Shown piece after piece: positions 16,391 to 26,413 of a stretch of 64,000 nucleotides of DNA. Numbering within the stretch: the stretch's first letter is position 1; each line of letters begins with the position of its first letter. The position numbers and the translations under genes were made by a program. The notes under the pieces were generated by a model that had not been told where the DNA came from, did no database searches, and was given only the letters and a program-made list of their open reading frames with translations. Source of the stretch: Candidatus Latescibacterota bacterium (lineage in GTDB: Bacteria > Latescibacterota > UBA2968 > UBA8231); contig OZ220089.1 of NCBI GenBank assembly GCA_964291625.2, forward strand, positions 768,001 to 832,000, given 5' to 3'.

Positions 16391-18775
16391 TCACCTCAGC
16401 AGCAGCATGCGCCGGTGCACCGCCCACTCGCGGGTCTCGAGCCGGTAGACGTAGACGCCGCTGCCCGCTTCCCGGCCGTACTCGTCCCGGCCGTCCCAGG
16501 ACAGGCGGTGCTCGCCGGCCCCGGGGGCGTGGACCTGCAACTCCCGCACCACCTGGCCCGACAGGTTGTAGATGCGCAGGCGCATGGCCTCGCCCGCCAG
16601 GTTCACCGGCACCTGGAGGGGGATCACCGTGGAGGCGTTGAAGGGGTTGGGCGCGTTCTGCTGCAACACCGGGCGGGCGGGGCCCGCTCCCGGGCGAATC
16701 TCCCAGGCTTCCTCCGCTACGACCACCACCATGGCCTGCCCCAGCTGGGCGAAGACGGCCAGTATTTCGGGCTGACCTGCCAAGCCTTCGTAGAGCCGCC
16801 TCGGCATCTCCGGGCGGTAGGCCCGGTCGATCCATATGTCGTCCCGCAGCACGAAATCGCGCCCCATCCAGTGGGCGGTCTCGCCCGTCTCCTCCACCGA
16901 CGTGGCCATCAGCCCGTCGTCGTCCTCGCCATCCTCGCCGTCATCGGCGCCCTCGCTGTCCGGGAAGTCATCAGTGCGTGTGGGGGCGCTTGCGAGCCCA
17001 TCGCCGCCACCCCCGTCCCGCGGCTCGGGGTTGACCTCCACGCCCTCGTCCGGGGCGAACAGGGAGGTCCGCCGCGTCACCAGGCGGTAGTCCAGCCCCA
17101 GGGCCAGGATGTCGTCGAGCAGCTCCTGCTCGGGGCCGAAGCGGGCGATCTGCTCCTCCAGGGCCAGCACCTTCTGGTAGGCCCACAACCGGGGCAACAA
17201 CTCCAGCGACACATCGGTATCCGTGAACTCCAGCGGGTAGTCCACCAGGACGTCCGCCTCCCCCACCTGGCCGCTCACGCTCAGGGTGTAGAGCCCGCCC
17301 TGCTGGTAGCGGCCCACCTGGAACAGCTCCCGGCCCGCGGCCAGGGCCTCCACGCCCCGCGGGTGCACGTCGTGGATCTCCGCCGTGCCGAAGGACAGCT
17401 CGTCCACCAGCAGCACCGGGAAGGTGAAGTCCTCGAACAGCTCGCGAAGGGCCGCCTCGATGTCTCCCTCCTCCGACAGGAAGTGGGACTCGCCGCCGTG
17501 CTCCTCGGCCAGCACGGTCAGGAAGTTCTGGTCCACGTCGCGGCCCACGCCGATGGTGAACAGGCGCGCCCGGCCCTCCGACCACTTGCCCACCAAGTCG
17601 CTCAACGGCCCCAGCTCGATCTCGCCGATATTCGGCAGGCCGTCGGTGAGGAAGATCACGTGGTTCACCCGGCCGGCGGGGAAGGCCTGCTGCATCGCTC
17701 TTCCGAGACCCGCCTCGAAGTTGCTCACCCCCAACGCGTCCTGCTGGTTGATGAAGGCCGCCGCCGACTCCAGGTTCGACCGGTTGGCCGGCACCGGCGC
17801 CGCGGCGAAGGCATCCGCCCGGTGGCTGAAGACGACGATGTTGAACAGGTCCTTCTCCACCAGATTCTCCAGCGCCGCCACCAGCGCCCCCTTCACCGCC
17901 TCCAGCTTGCCCCGCTGCATGCTCGACGAGATGTCGATCACGAAGGTCAGGCTCCGGGGCAGGGGATCGGCCGCGGTCAGCTCCGGCACGGGCGGCAGCC
18001 ACAGGGCGTAGTAGCCCAGGGCCTCGTCCTCCTCCGGCGCGAAGCTGAGCACCGTCGGCAGCTCCAGATCTCCGGTCCGCTGCAGGCTGAGGGTGAAGTC
18101 CTCCCGCGGCGTCAGGTCCTCGTCGCCGTAGAACACGTTCGCCGTGTGCGCGTCGGGACGGCCCACCTCGGTGAGCCGCGGCAGGCCCGAGGTGGTCGCC
18201 TCGAAGACGTGCTGGCTGCGCACGTGGGCGCGCAGCACGAACAGCTCCATCTGCAGCGCCTGGTCGGTCTCCGGCGCCAGCGGGAAGGTGTAGTCGATGC
18301 GGCCGTTGCGCGCGTCGAGCAGCTGCATGTACTCGAACTCCACCCGCCGGCTGCCCTGGGCCGGGAAGGGGAAGATGCTCAGCCGGAACGAGTTCGGCGT
18401 CACCTGCTCGATCAGGGCCGGATCGATGCGCTGGCGCACGATGTCGTCGTAGACCCGCCGCGCCTCCTCCTTCTCCATGATCAGCCCCTGGATCCGCTTG
18501 TCGCCGATCCACAGCACCAGGTCGGTGATGATGGCGCCCTCGGGCAGGGTGAACTCGTAGATCCCCTCCACCTCCCACTCGGCGTGGTTGGTGAAGATCT
18601 GGTCCGTGCGCGTGCGCGCCACCCGCTCGTCGATGCGCACCTCCACGGTGACCGACGTCAGTTCCAGGTGCTGGCGCCCGTCGTCGCCGACGCCGGTGTA
18701 CACGTAGCCGATGCCGAGGGCGGGCAAGGGGGTCAGCAGCAGGGCGGCGGTGAGAAGGATGTGTCGAGAGTTCAT
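16391..18775 (-). CDS. Secreted VIT-VWA domain protein with FlgD Ig/T9SS-like C-terminal tail
   Basis: Signal peptide. VIT motif DQIFTN..EGIYEFTLPEGA; MIDAS DISSSM and FLTDG; tail QNAPNPFNAST..WDGRDEYGREAGSGVYVYRL. Confidence 0.9.
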   Translation of the reverse strand: MNSRHILLTAALLLTPLPALGIGYVYTGVGDDGRQHLELTSVTVEVRIDERVARTRTDQIFTNHAEWEVEGIYEFTLPEGAIITDLVLWIGDKRIQGLIMEKEEARRVYDDIVRQRIDPALIEQVTPNSFRLSIFPFPAQGSRRVEFEYMQLLDARNGRIDYTFPLAPETDQALQMELFVLRAHVRSQHVFEATTSGLPRLTEVGRPDAHTANVFYGDEDLTPREDFTLSLQRTGDLELPTVLSFAPEEDEALGYYALWLPPVPELTAADPLPRSLTFVIDISSSMQRGKLEAVKGALVAALENLVEKDLFNIVVFSHRADAFAAAPVPANRSNLESAAAFINQQDALGVSNFEAGLGRAMQQAFPAGRVNHVIFLTDGLPNIGEIELGPLSDLVGKWSEGRARLFTIGVGRDVDQNFLTVLAEEHGGESHFLSEEGDIEAALRELFEDFTFPVLLVDELSFGTAEIHDVHPRGVEALAAGRELFQVGRYQQGGLYTLSVSGQVGEADVLVDYPLEFTDTDVSLELLPRLWAYQKVLALEEQIARFGPEQELLDDILALGLDYRLVTRRTSLFAPDEGVEVNPEPRDGGGGDGLASAPTRTDDFPDSEGADDGEDGEDDDGLMATSVEETGETAHWMGRDFVLRDDIWIDRAYRPEMPRRLYEGLAGQPEILAVFAQLGQAMVVVVAEEAWEIRPGAGPARPVLQQNAPNPFNASTVIPLQVPVNLAGEAMRLRIYNLSGQVVRELQVHAPGAGEHRLSWDGRDEYGREAGSGVYVYRLETREWAVHRRMLLLR

Positions 18776-18815
18776 GGCCGGCTCCTTTCGAAGGAGGGGG
18801 ATGGCAGAGGTTCGA

Positions 18816-20798
18816 TCAGTAGGTGACTATGACACCCCGTGCTCTCAGGGCGGGAATGTGTTCGTTGATGGCCTGATCACTGAGGGGGTTGCCTCCCAAA
18901 CGTACTGTATCGCCTTCACCCAGGCCGGTGTTGGCGACCAGGGAACTGATGTCCTGGATCTGGTTGCGACCCAGCCACAGCCTTTCCAAGTTCGCCAAGG
19001 CGGCCAGAGGGCTCACATCGACGATCTCGTTGCTGCTCAGGTACAGCGTTCTCAGGCTGGTCAAGGAGGCCAAGGGGCTCACATCGACGATCTCGTTGTA
19101 GCCCAGAGATAGCCATGCCAAGCTGGTCAAGGCCGCCAGTGGACTCACATCGACGATCTCACTGCTGCTCAACTCCAGCTCTCTCAGGTTGGTCAAGGCG
19201 ACCAGAGCACTCATATCGACGATCTCGTTGCCACCCAGAAACAGACGCTCCAAGTTGGTCAAGGCGACCAGTGGACTCACATCGACGATCTCATTGCTGC
19301 GCAGAGACAGATTTGCCAAGTTGGTCAAGGCGACCAGTGGACTCACATCGACGATCTCGTTGCCACCCAGAGACAGCCGCTCCAAGTTGGTCAAGGTGGC
19401 CAGTGGACTCACATCGACGATCCTATTGCTGCGGAGCTCCAGCGATTTCAAGCTGGCCAAGGCCGCCAGAGGACTCACATCGACGATCTCGTTGAAACTC
19501 AGGAACAGCACTCTCAGGTTGGTCAAGGCGGCCAGAGGGCCCACATCGACGATCTCGTTGTCATGCAGCCCCAAATCTTCGAGTTGGGTCAAGGCGCCGA
19601 GAGGGCTCACATCGACGATCTCGATCGCGTCCAGCCACAGCCCTTCCAAGTCAGCCAGGGTGGCCAGAGGGCTCACATCGACGATCTCGTTGTAACTCAG
19701 GTCCAGCTCTCTCAGGTTGGTCAAGGCGGCCAGAGGGCTCACATCCACGATCTCGTTCTCGTCCAGCCACAGCCCCTCCAAGTTGGTCAGGGTGGCCAGA
19801 GGGCTCACATCGACGATCTCGTTGTAACTCAGGTCCAGCTCTCTCAGGTTGGTCAGGGCGGCCAGAGGGCTCACATCGACGATCTCGTTGAAGTCCAGAC
19901 ACAACTCCTCCAAGCTGGTCAAGGCCGCCAGAGGACTCACGTCGACGATCCCCCAGCCTGGGAGCTGCAACACTCCCAAGCCGACGGCTTCCGCCAGGGT
20001 AACAGGACCCTCCGGCCGCCCCAATGCCCCCAAGACCCACTCTTCCAACTCAGATCCTTGGACCAGGTTGAAAGAAGGGATGAGCACCATCGAGTCTTCG
20101 AGCAGAGCAAGGTCTCTGTCGAATGTGTGTGGAGTGACCTGTACGAAGGAGGCAATCTCCTCTCCCACTGAGCTCCGGTTTCCCAGGTACTCGACCAGCC
20201 TGTCTGCAGGGGCAGGGTGATCCAGGTCAACTGCCAGGGTGATGCTGCTGTCGATCTGTACCGCCACTCGCCCCGTGCGGCCCTGCCAGCGCTCCTGCAG
20301 GAAGGCTGTCACCGCCTCCCAGCCGATGAGGTCGGGGCCTTTCTCCAGCACCGCCAGCTCTGCCGCGCCCGGGTCGATCCGCCAGTCGATGGCGGCCAGG
20401 CCCGCCGGCAGGTCGGCGGGCTCACCGGGCCTCAGCGAGAGGCGCGGGCTACCACCCCCCGGGCGCGTCCACACCAGTGTCTCCTGCCGCAGACTGGACG
20501 GATCGACGCAGTGAAGGGCCACCAGGCTGTCGGGCCAGCCCTCGTATGCCACCTGGATGCCAGAGAGCGCCTGCTCGGCTTCATCCGCCAGGTCCACCCA
20601 CAGGCCGCGGGGGAACTCCGGAGACTCGATCATCACCCGGCCGGCGGCATCGCTCACCGCTTGCGCCCGGCCGGTGCTGTCGGTGCCGGCGGCGAAGGGG
20701 AACTCAGTCTGTGCCGCTGCCGTGGTGGCGGCCAGGACCAGGAGGACTCCGGCTCGAAGCAGGGACGGCGGTGGACCGGTCAGGGCGATTCGGGCCAT
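18816..20798 (-). CDS. Secreted internalin-like leucine-rich repeat protein (copy 1)
   Basis: Signal peptide, about 270-aa N-domain, roughly 15 22-aa repeats of type LxxLxLxxNEIVDVSPLAAL, cap LGGNPLS..IPALRARGV. Confidence 0.92.
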   Translation of the reverse strand: MARIALTGPPPSLLRAGVLLVLAATTAAAQTEFPFAAGTDSTGRAQAVSDAAGRVMIESPEFPRGLWVDLADEAEQALSGIQVAYEGWPDSLVALHCVDPSSLRQETLVWTRPGGGSPRLSLRPGEPADLPAGLAAIDWRIDPGAAELAVLEKGPDLIGWEAVTAFLQERWQGRTGRVAVQIDSSITLAVDLDHPAPADRLVEYLGNRSSVGEEIASFVQVTPHTFDRDLALLEDSMVLIPSFNLVQGSELEEWVLGALGRPEGPVTLAEAVGLGVLQLPGWGIVDVSPLAALTSLEELCLDFNEIVDVSPLAALTNLRELDLSYNEIVDVSPLATLTNLEGLWLDENEIVDVSPLAALTNLRELDLSYNEIVDVSPLATLADLEGLWLDAIEIVDVSPLGALTQLEDLGLHDNEIVDVGPLAALTNLRVLFLSFNEIVDVSPLAALASLKSLELRSNRIVDVSPLATLTNLERLSLGGNEIVDVSPLVALTNLANLSLRSNEIVDVSPLVALTNLERLFLGGNEIVDMSALVALTNLRELELSSSEIVDVSPLAALTSLAWLSLGYNEIVDVSPLASLTSLRTLYLSSNEIVDVSPLAALANLERLWLGRNQIQDISSLVANTGLGEGDTVRLGGNPLSDQAINEHIPALRARGVIVTY

Positions 20799-23188
20799 CG
20801 GAAGCTGCCGGGCAGTCGATCCGGGATCTCGGCCAAACCGGGTGCTCCTGGCCGATGCCAGGGGCGGGCAGGGGGGCCACCAACGCGGCCATGGGGACCA
20901 ATCGCAGTTGGATAGCCGGCTCTCTTCGCAGAGGGCGGGCCGGGCGTGTCGAGGATGACTTCGACACCCCTGGCTCTCAGGCCGGGGATCTGTTCATCGA
21001 TGGCCTGGTCGCTGAGAGGATTGTCCTGCAGGTACAGCGTGTCACCATGGGTCAGGACCCCGCTGTCGACCAGGGAACCGATGTCCCGGATCTCGTTGCC
21101 ACTCAGATCCAGCCATTCCACCCCGGGCAGGGAGGCCAGTGGGCTCACGTCGACGATCTTGTTGGAATGGAGAGACAGCCACTCCAGGCTGGTCAGGGAC
21201 GCCAGAGGACTCACGTCGCTGATCCCGTTGCCACCCAGGCCCAGCCGTTCCAGGCGGGTCAGGGAGGCCAGAGGGCTCACATCGACGATCCGGTTGTTCG
21301 ACAGGTCCAGCTCATCCAGAAGGGTCAGGGAGGCCAGAGGACTCACATCAACGATCTTGTTGCCACCCAACCCCAGTCCTCCCAGGCGGGTCAGGGAGGC
21401 CAGGGGGGCCACACCGGCGATCTCGTTGTGGCCGAGGAACAGCGCCTGCAGACTGGTCAGGGAGGCCAGGGGACTCACATCGAAGATCCCGTTGTAGTGC
21501 AGAGCCAGCCATTCCAGGCCGGTCAAGGAGGCCAAGGGACCCACATCGACGATCCTGTTTCCACCCAGTCCCAGCCACTGCAAGCTGGACAGGGAAACCA
21601 GAGGGCTTGCATCCGCGATCTCGTTGCCCCCCAGACCCAGCCCTTCCAGCGTGCTCAGGCAGGCCAGGGGACTCACATCGGCGATCTCGTTGGAATGCAG
21701 GGACAACTCCTCCAGGCTGGCCAGGGAGGCCAGGGGGCCCACATCGGCGATCCGGTTCTCCCACAGCCACAACTCTTCCAGGCTGGTCAGGGAGGCCAAA
21801 GGACTCACATCGACGATCTCGTTGGCTTGCAGGCCCAACCATTCCAGCCGGGTCAACGAGGCCAGAGGGCTCACATGGACGATCCCATTCCTGCCCAGAC
21901 CCAGTCCTTTCAGGCGGGTCAGGGAGGCCAGAGGGCCCACATCGACGATCTCATTGCCGGTCAGACCCAGCTGGCTCAGTTTGGTCAAGGAGGCCAGAGG
22001 GCTCACATCGACGATCTCATTCCCCCACAGCGACAGCCATCCCAGGCTGGTCATGGAAGCCAGGGGGTTCACATCGACGATCCGGTTCTCGCTCAGGTCG
22101 AGGGTTCCCAGGATGGGCAGGAGGGCCAGAGGGCTCACATCGGCGATCTCGTTGTTGCCAAGATACAGCCATGTCAGGCGCCTCAGGGAGGCCAGGGGAC
22201 TCACATCGACAATGTCGTTGTCCTCCAGGAACAGGTATATCAAGCCGGTCAGGGAGGCCAGAGGGCTCAGGTCGGCGATGTCGTTGTCATCCAGCACCAG
22301 CCGCTGCAAGCCGGTCAAGGCGGCCAGAGGGCTCACGTCGACGATCTGCTCGCCTCTGAGATCGAGCCTTCTCAGGGCGGTGGCCTGTGACAGGGTAACC
22401 CGGCGGCTGGACGTGCCCAGTTCCGTCAACACCCACCATTCCAGCCTGGACCCCGGGGCCAGGACGAAGGAAGTGATGAGTACAATCGAGTCTTGGAGCG
22501 GAGCATGGTATCCATCAAGTGCGTATGGATACAGGACGGCCTCGATGACAGAAGCTCTTGCTCCCAGTGATCTCTCTGCCCTGTCCTGGAGGTAGCCGAT
22601 CAGCCGCCCTGCCCCCTCCGGGCGAGTCAGGTCGGCAGCTACGGCTGTGCTGCTGTCGATCTGCACCGCCACCCGGACCTGCCCACCCTGCCAGCGCGCC
22701 TTCAGAAAGGCGGTTACCGCGTCCCAGCCGATGAGCTCGGGCGCGGTCTCCAGCACCAACAGCTCTTCGGCACCCGGCTCGACCCGCCAGTCGATGGAGG
22801 CCAGCCCCGGTGGCAGGCCGGCGGGTTCTGCGGGCATGATCGCCAAGCGCAGGGGATCCCCCCGGGGGCGGGCCCACAGGAGGGTCTCCTGCCGCAGGCC
22901 GGTCGGGTCGACGGTCCAGATGGCCGCCAGGCTGTCCGCTCGGCCCTGGTACTCCACCTGGATGCCGGCCAGCGCCTGCCCCGCCTCGTCTGCGAGATGC
23001 AACCACACGCCGCGGGGAAACTCCGGCGACTCGATCATCACCCGGCCGGCGGCATCGCTCACCGCCTGCGCCCGACCGCGGCGGTCGGTGCCGGCGGCCT
23101 GAGGGAACCCGGTCTGCGCCGTGGCTTCCGGAGCCCCGAGCACCGGAATCGCCAGGAGGAATCCCGATCGAAGGATGGCCAGATGCAT
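20780..23188 (-). CDS. Secreted internalin-like leucine-rich repeat protein (copy 2)
   Basis: Same N-domain (AAGTD..GRAQAVSDAAGRVMIESPEFPRG), about 20 LRRs and the same cap. C-terminal run-on tail. Confidence 0.9.
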   Translation of the reverse strand: MHLAILRSGFLLAIPVLGAPEATAQTGFPQAAGTDRRGRAQAVSDAAGRVMIESPEFPRGVWLHLADEAGQALAGIQVEYQGRADSLAAIWTVDPTGLRQETLLWARPRGDPLRLAIMPAEPAGLPPGLASIDWRVEPGAEELLVLETAPELIGWDAVTAFLKARWQGGQVRVAVQIDSSTAVAADLTRPEGAGRLIGYLQDRAERSLGARASVIEAVLYPYALDGYHAPLQDSIVLITSFVLAPGSRLEWWVLTELGTSSRRVTLSQATALRRLDLRGEQIVDVSPLAALTGLQRLVLDDNDIADLSPLASLTGLIYLFLEDNDIVDVSPLASLRRLTWLYLGNNEIADVSPLALLPILGTLDLSENRIVDVNPLASMTSLGWLSLWGNEIVDVSPLASLTKLSQLGLTGNEIVDVGPLASLTRLKGLGLGRNGIVHVSPLASLTRLEWLGLQANEIVDVSPLASLTSLEELWLWENRIADVGPLASLASLEELSLHSNEIADVSPLACLSTLEGLGLGGNEIADASPLVSLSSLQWLGLGGNRIVDVGPLASLTGLEWLALHYNGIFDVSPLASLTSLQALFLGHNEIAGVAPLASLTRLGGLGLGGNKIVDVSPLASLTLLDELDLSNNRIVDVSPLASLTRLERLGLGGNGISDVSPLASLTSLEWLSLHSNKIVDVSPLASLPGVEWLDLSGNEIRDIGSLVDSGVLTHGDTLYLQDNPLSDQAIDEQIPGLRARGVEVILDTPGPPSAKRAGYPTAIGPHGRVGGPPARPWHRPGAPGLAEIPDRLPGSFRWPESP

Positions 23189-23527
23189 GGAGCCGGCCTC
23201 TCGTGGGAAGGGTGCTGTCCTCGATGGGCGGACGTCGAACCCATCCTGCAAGCGGGAATTCTCTGCCCTGCCAGTGTTGAGCGAGGGGACGCGCCCTGTC
23301 GGCCGCCGCCGAGGCGCCTGACAGCACCCCTCCCCAAGTCGGGCAAGCTACACATTCCTTGAGATGGCAGAAAGGGAAAACCAGACACTGGCGGGAAACC
23401 TGCCGGATATCCAGTGACGGGCAATCGATACGGGTTTGTCGTATCCGTGCCGGACACTGCGTCCAATGTCGGCAATACGGAATCACCGTACGACGGACGT
23501 GCAGGTCCCTTGGGGCGGTTGCGGAGG

Positions 23528-23953
23528 TCAGTATTCCACCCTTACTCGTCTGGGTCGATCCGCCAGTCGATGCCGGCCAGCCCCGGTGGCAGGTCTGCCC
23601 GGGCCGCGGTCCGGAGGGCCAGGCGCAGAGTGTCGCCACCGAGGCGGGTCCACAGCAGCGTCTCCTGCCGCAGACCCGACGGGTCGGCAGACCAGATGGC
23701 CACCAGGCTGTCGGTCCGGCCCTCCTATTCCACCTCGATGCCGGCCAGCGCCTGCTGCTTCATCCGCGAACTCCATCCACAGGCCGCGGGGAAACTCCGG
23801 CGACTCGATCATCACCCGGCCGGCGGCATCGCTCACCGCCTGCGCCCGGCCGCTGCTGTCGGTACCGGCGGCGAAGGGGTACTCCGTCTGCGCTGACGAC
23901 GCGGAAGGTGTCAGCGCCAGGAGAAGCACGGCTCGAAGGGTCGTGAGGTACAT
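23528..23953 (-). pseudogene. Truncated, frameshifted third LRR paralogue (N-domain only)
   Basis: AQTEYPFAAGTDSSGRAQAVSDAAGRVMIESPEFPRGLW then a frameshift. DNA homology ends near 23550. Confidence 0.85.
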
Positions 23954-24032
23954 GGAGGGCCTCAGGGCAGGAATACACCACCCGGCAGCCGTGAGCCGAC
24001 CATCTGGTCTCCCCGGCGCTCCTCCAGATGCC

Positions 24033-26381
24033 TCACCCGGAATCCTCCGGCCTCAGCACCTGCACCGTCTCCGCTTCCGCCTCGATCCGCGGCCAGTCCC
24101 ACAACTGCGGGATGTACTCCAGGTCCGCCCACTTCCGCGCCTGGTCGGCGTAGTGGTGGCTGCCGGGGTGGCCGGAGGCCCCCAAGGGCACGATCCAGAG
24201 GGAGCGGCTCCAGTCGGAGGGGTCGTGGATGTAGCGGTTGACGGACAGACCGGTGACAGTGAAGGGGCCCCTCGGCGGGAAGCTCCCCGCCAGGGGCGTG
24301 TCGGAGTCGCCGTGGACGCTCAGCGGCGGCGGGTCGAGCCACTCGGAGCACTTAGGATACGCGTCGGACAGGGGATGCCGCGGCCGGGTGCGGTGCAGGC
24401 GCCCCCAGGTCCAGGTGGAGATCTCCTCGCCTAACTCGGCGGCGAGGGCGTCGACGGCTTTCTCCAGCGCGGGGACGACGAGGCTGCTCCAGTCCTCCAC
24501 GGGGACGGGCAGCGCGGCGGGGTCGTCCTGCTCCATCGCCTTGTGCAGACCCAGGGCCGCCTCCCGCAGGACGGCGTCGGAGCCGGCGGCGCCCGAGAGC
24601 ACCTCGCCCGCCGCTTCGCCGAAGAGCTCCTCGATCACGCGCAGGATCATCCGCTTCCTCACCTCCGCGTGGATGGTGGGCGCCACCCGGTCGCGGTCGG
24701 CGCGGCCGTCCCATTTCTCGAGGACCGCCGCGGCTTCGGCGGCGCGGCCATTCAGCCCTTGGATGGTGCCCAGCACCCCGCAGAGCACACGGGCGGGGTT
24801 GGAGACCATGTCGGCGTGGATGGCCGCCATATCGTCGCTGGCGGCGCTCCCGGGCTGCAGATCGAGGAGGTGCGACTGCACGCGGCGGGCCCGGAAGTCG
24901 TGGGAGAAGTTCAGGCCCACGTAGTAGGGGTAGTCGTGGCCGGCGACTCTCTGGTTGCAGGTGACGGTGTACCCGCATTCGGGATTGATCGCCTTTGGCA
25001 GCTCGTCGTGCGGGATGTAGCCGTCCCACTCGTGGTCCCCGCTCCAGCCCGGCACGGCCCGCCAGCCGTTGGCCTCGCCCCGCACGGGGATCAGCCCCTC
25101 GTGCAGGTACCCGAAGTTCCCCCCCACGTCGGCCACGGCGTAGTTGTTGACGCGGTCGGTCCAGTTGCGGAAGGCGTGGTGCAGGCCGTCGACGCTCTCG
25201 GCCCTCATGGCGTCGCGGGCGGCGTCCAGCCAGGCGGTGCCTTCCCGCAGGCCGGGGTCGCCGATGGCGATGCCGTGCCCGGCGGCCGGGTCCCCGGCGA
25301 TCACGGGTCCGTGATGGGTGATGGTGATCTCCGCGGGCTCCGCGGAGCCGCCGCGGACGTCGATCGACTCGCGCAGGACCTCGGCGGGCAGCCACTCCCC
25401 CTTGAACTCGTACTCGCGCCCTTCGGCGGTCTCGCGAAAACGCTCGATGAACAGATCTTGTGTATCGGCGCCGCCGTGGGTCATGCCCCAGGCGACGCGG
25501 TCGTTGTGACAGAAGTGGAGGGCCCCCGGCACTCCCGGCACCGAGTGGCCGATGACGTGGACGGTGGGACAGGAGAGGTGGACCTGGTAGTAGACGGAGG
25601 GCACGTCCAGGCCGCGGTGGGAGTCGCCGGCCACCAGCGGCATGCCCGATTGCGTCAGCCCGCCGGAGATCGACCAGCCGTTGGAGCCGGCCTCGATCTC
25701 GCCCAGCCAGTTGGCCTCGCGCACGGCGCCGTCGAGGGCCCCCAGGCCGTCGAGAAGGGGCCCCTCGTACTCCGCCCCGGGAGGCACGGTGAGCAGATTG
25801 CCGCGTGGATACCCCTTCATTAGCTTGGCGAGAGGTTCCGCCAGGCCCCTGGCCGCCAGCCGCGTGCGGAACAGCTTCGCCTCGAACGTCCCCAGCAGGG
25901 TGTTGCGGATCTTGTACACCGCCGCGCAGTGCCAGTCCGCCCACGGCTCCGGTTCCTTCTCCAGGAGTGAGTATTCCACGGGCAGGGCGCGGGTCGTGTC
26001 GATGAAGGCGTTGACCCCTTCGGCGTACGCCCGGACCATGTCGCGGGCCTCGGGGCTGCTGGCCTCGAGATCGCGCCGGGCCGCCCGTCCCATGCCGGCG
26101 GCGCGCAGCAGCCGGTCCCGCTTCAGGCCGGCGGCGCCGACGATCTCCGACCAGCGGCCGAGGGCCTGGTGGCGGTCGGCGTCCATGTGCCAGAGACGGT
26201 CCTGGGCGGTGGCGAAGCCCTGGGCGAAGAACAGGTCCCACTCGCTGGCGGCGCGAATGTGGGGGATGCCCCACGAGTCGCGGAAGACGTGCACCGGCTC
26301 CCGCAGTCCGGGCAGCGACAGGGGCGAGGTCACGTCGGGCAGGGCGGCCTGCAGGTCGTGGCGGGTGATCTCTCTCGTCAT
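24033..26381 (-). CDS. Penicillin acylase family protein (Ntn hydrolase)
   Basis: RDSWGIPHI, AQGFATAQDRLWHMD, GSNGW nucleophile, GASGHPGSHHYADQ. Confidence 0.95.
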   Translation of the reverse strand: MTREITRHDLQAALPDVTSPLSLPGLREPVHVFRDSWGIPHIRAASEWDLFFAQGFATAQDRLWHMDADRHQALGRWSEIVGAAGLKRDRLLRAAGMGRAARRDLEASSPEARDMVRAYAEGVNAFIDTTRALPVEYSLLEKEPEPWADWHCAAVYKIRNTLLGTFEAKLFRTRLAARGLAEPLAKLMKGYPRGNLLTVPPGAEYEGPLLDGLGALDGAVREANWLGEIEAGSNGWSISGGLTQSGMPLVAGDSHRGLDVPSVYYQVHLSCPTVHVIGHSVPGVPGALHFCHNDRVAWGMTHGGADTQDLFIERFRETAEGREYEFKGEWLPAEVLRESIDVRGGSAEPAEITITHHGPVIAGDPAAGHGIAIGDPGLREGTAWLDAARDAMRAESVDGLHHAFRNWTDRVNNYAVADVGGNFGYLHEGLIPVRGEANGWRAVPGWSGDHEWDGYIPHDELPKAINPECGYTVTCNQRVAGHDYPYYVGLNFSHDFRARRVQSHLLDLQPGSAASDDMAAIHADMVSNPARVLCGVLGTIQGLNGRAAEAAAVLEKWDGRADRDRVAPTIHAEVRKRMILRVIEELFGEAAGEVLSGAAGSDAVLREAALGLHKAMEQDDPAALPVPVEDWSSLVVPALEKAVDALAAELGEEISTWTWGRLHRTRPRHPLSDAYPKCSEWLDPPPLSVHGDSDTPLAGSFPPRGPFTVTGLSVNRYIHDPSDWSRSLWIVPLGASGHPGSHHYADQARKWADLEYIPQLWDWPRIEAEAETVQVLRPEDSG

Positions 26382-26413
26382 CTCTTCATCTCTCGATTCG
26401 CGCAAGCTGGAAG

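Noticed and set aside
18900-22350. Regular 66-bp repeats resembling a CRISPR array
   Set aside because: They are in-frame LRR coding repeats; there are no unique spacers and no cas genes.
23340-23510. c-di-GMP-I or another known riboswitch
   Set aside because: A GAAA-containing hairpin is present but the other consensus elements are not, and that strand is antisense to the flanking genes.
18816-23953. Diversity-generating retroelement acting on the LRR genes
   Set aside because: No reverse transcriptase in the window, and repeat differences are not evidently adenine-specific.
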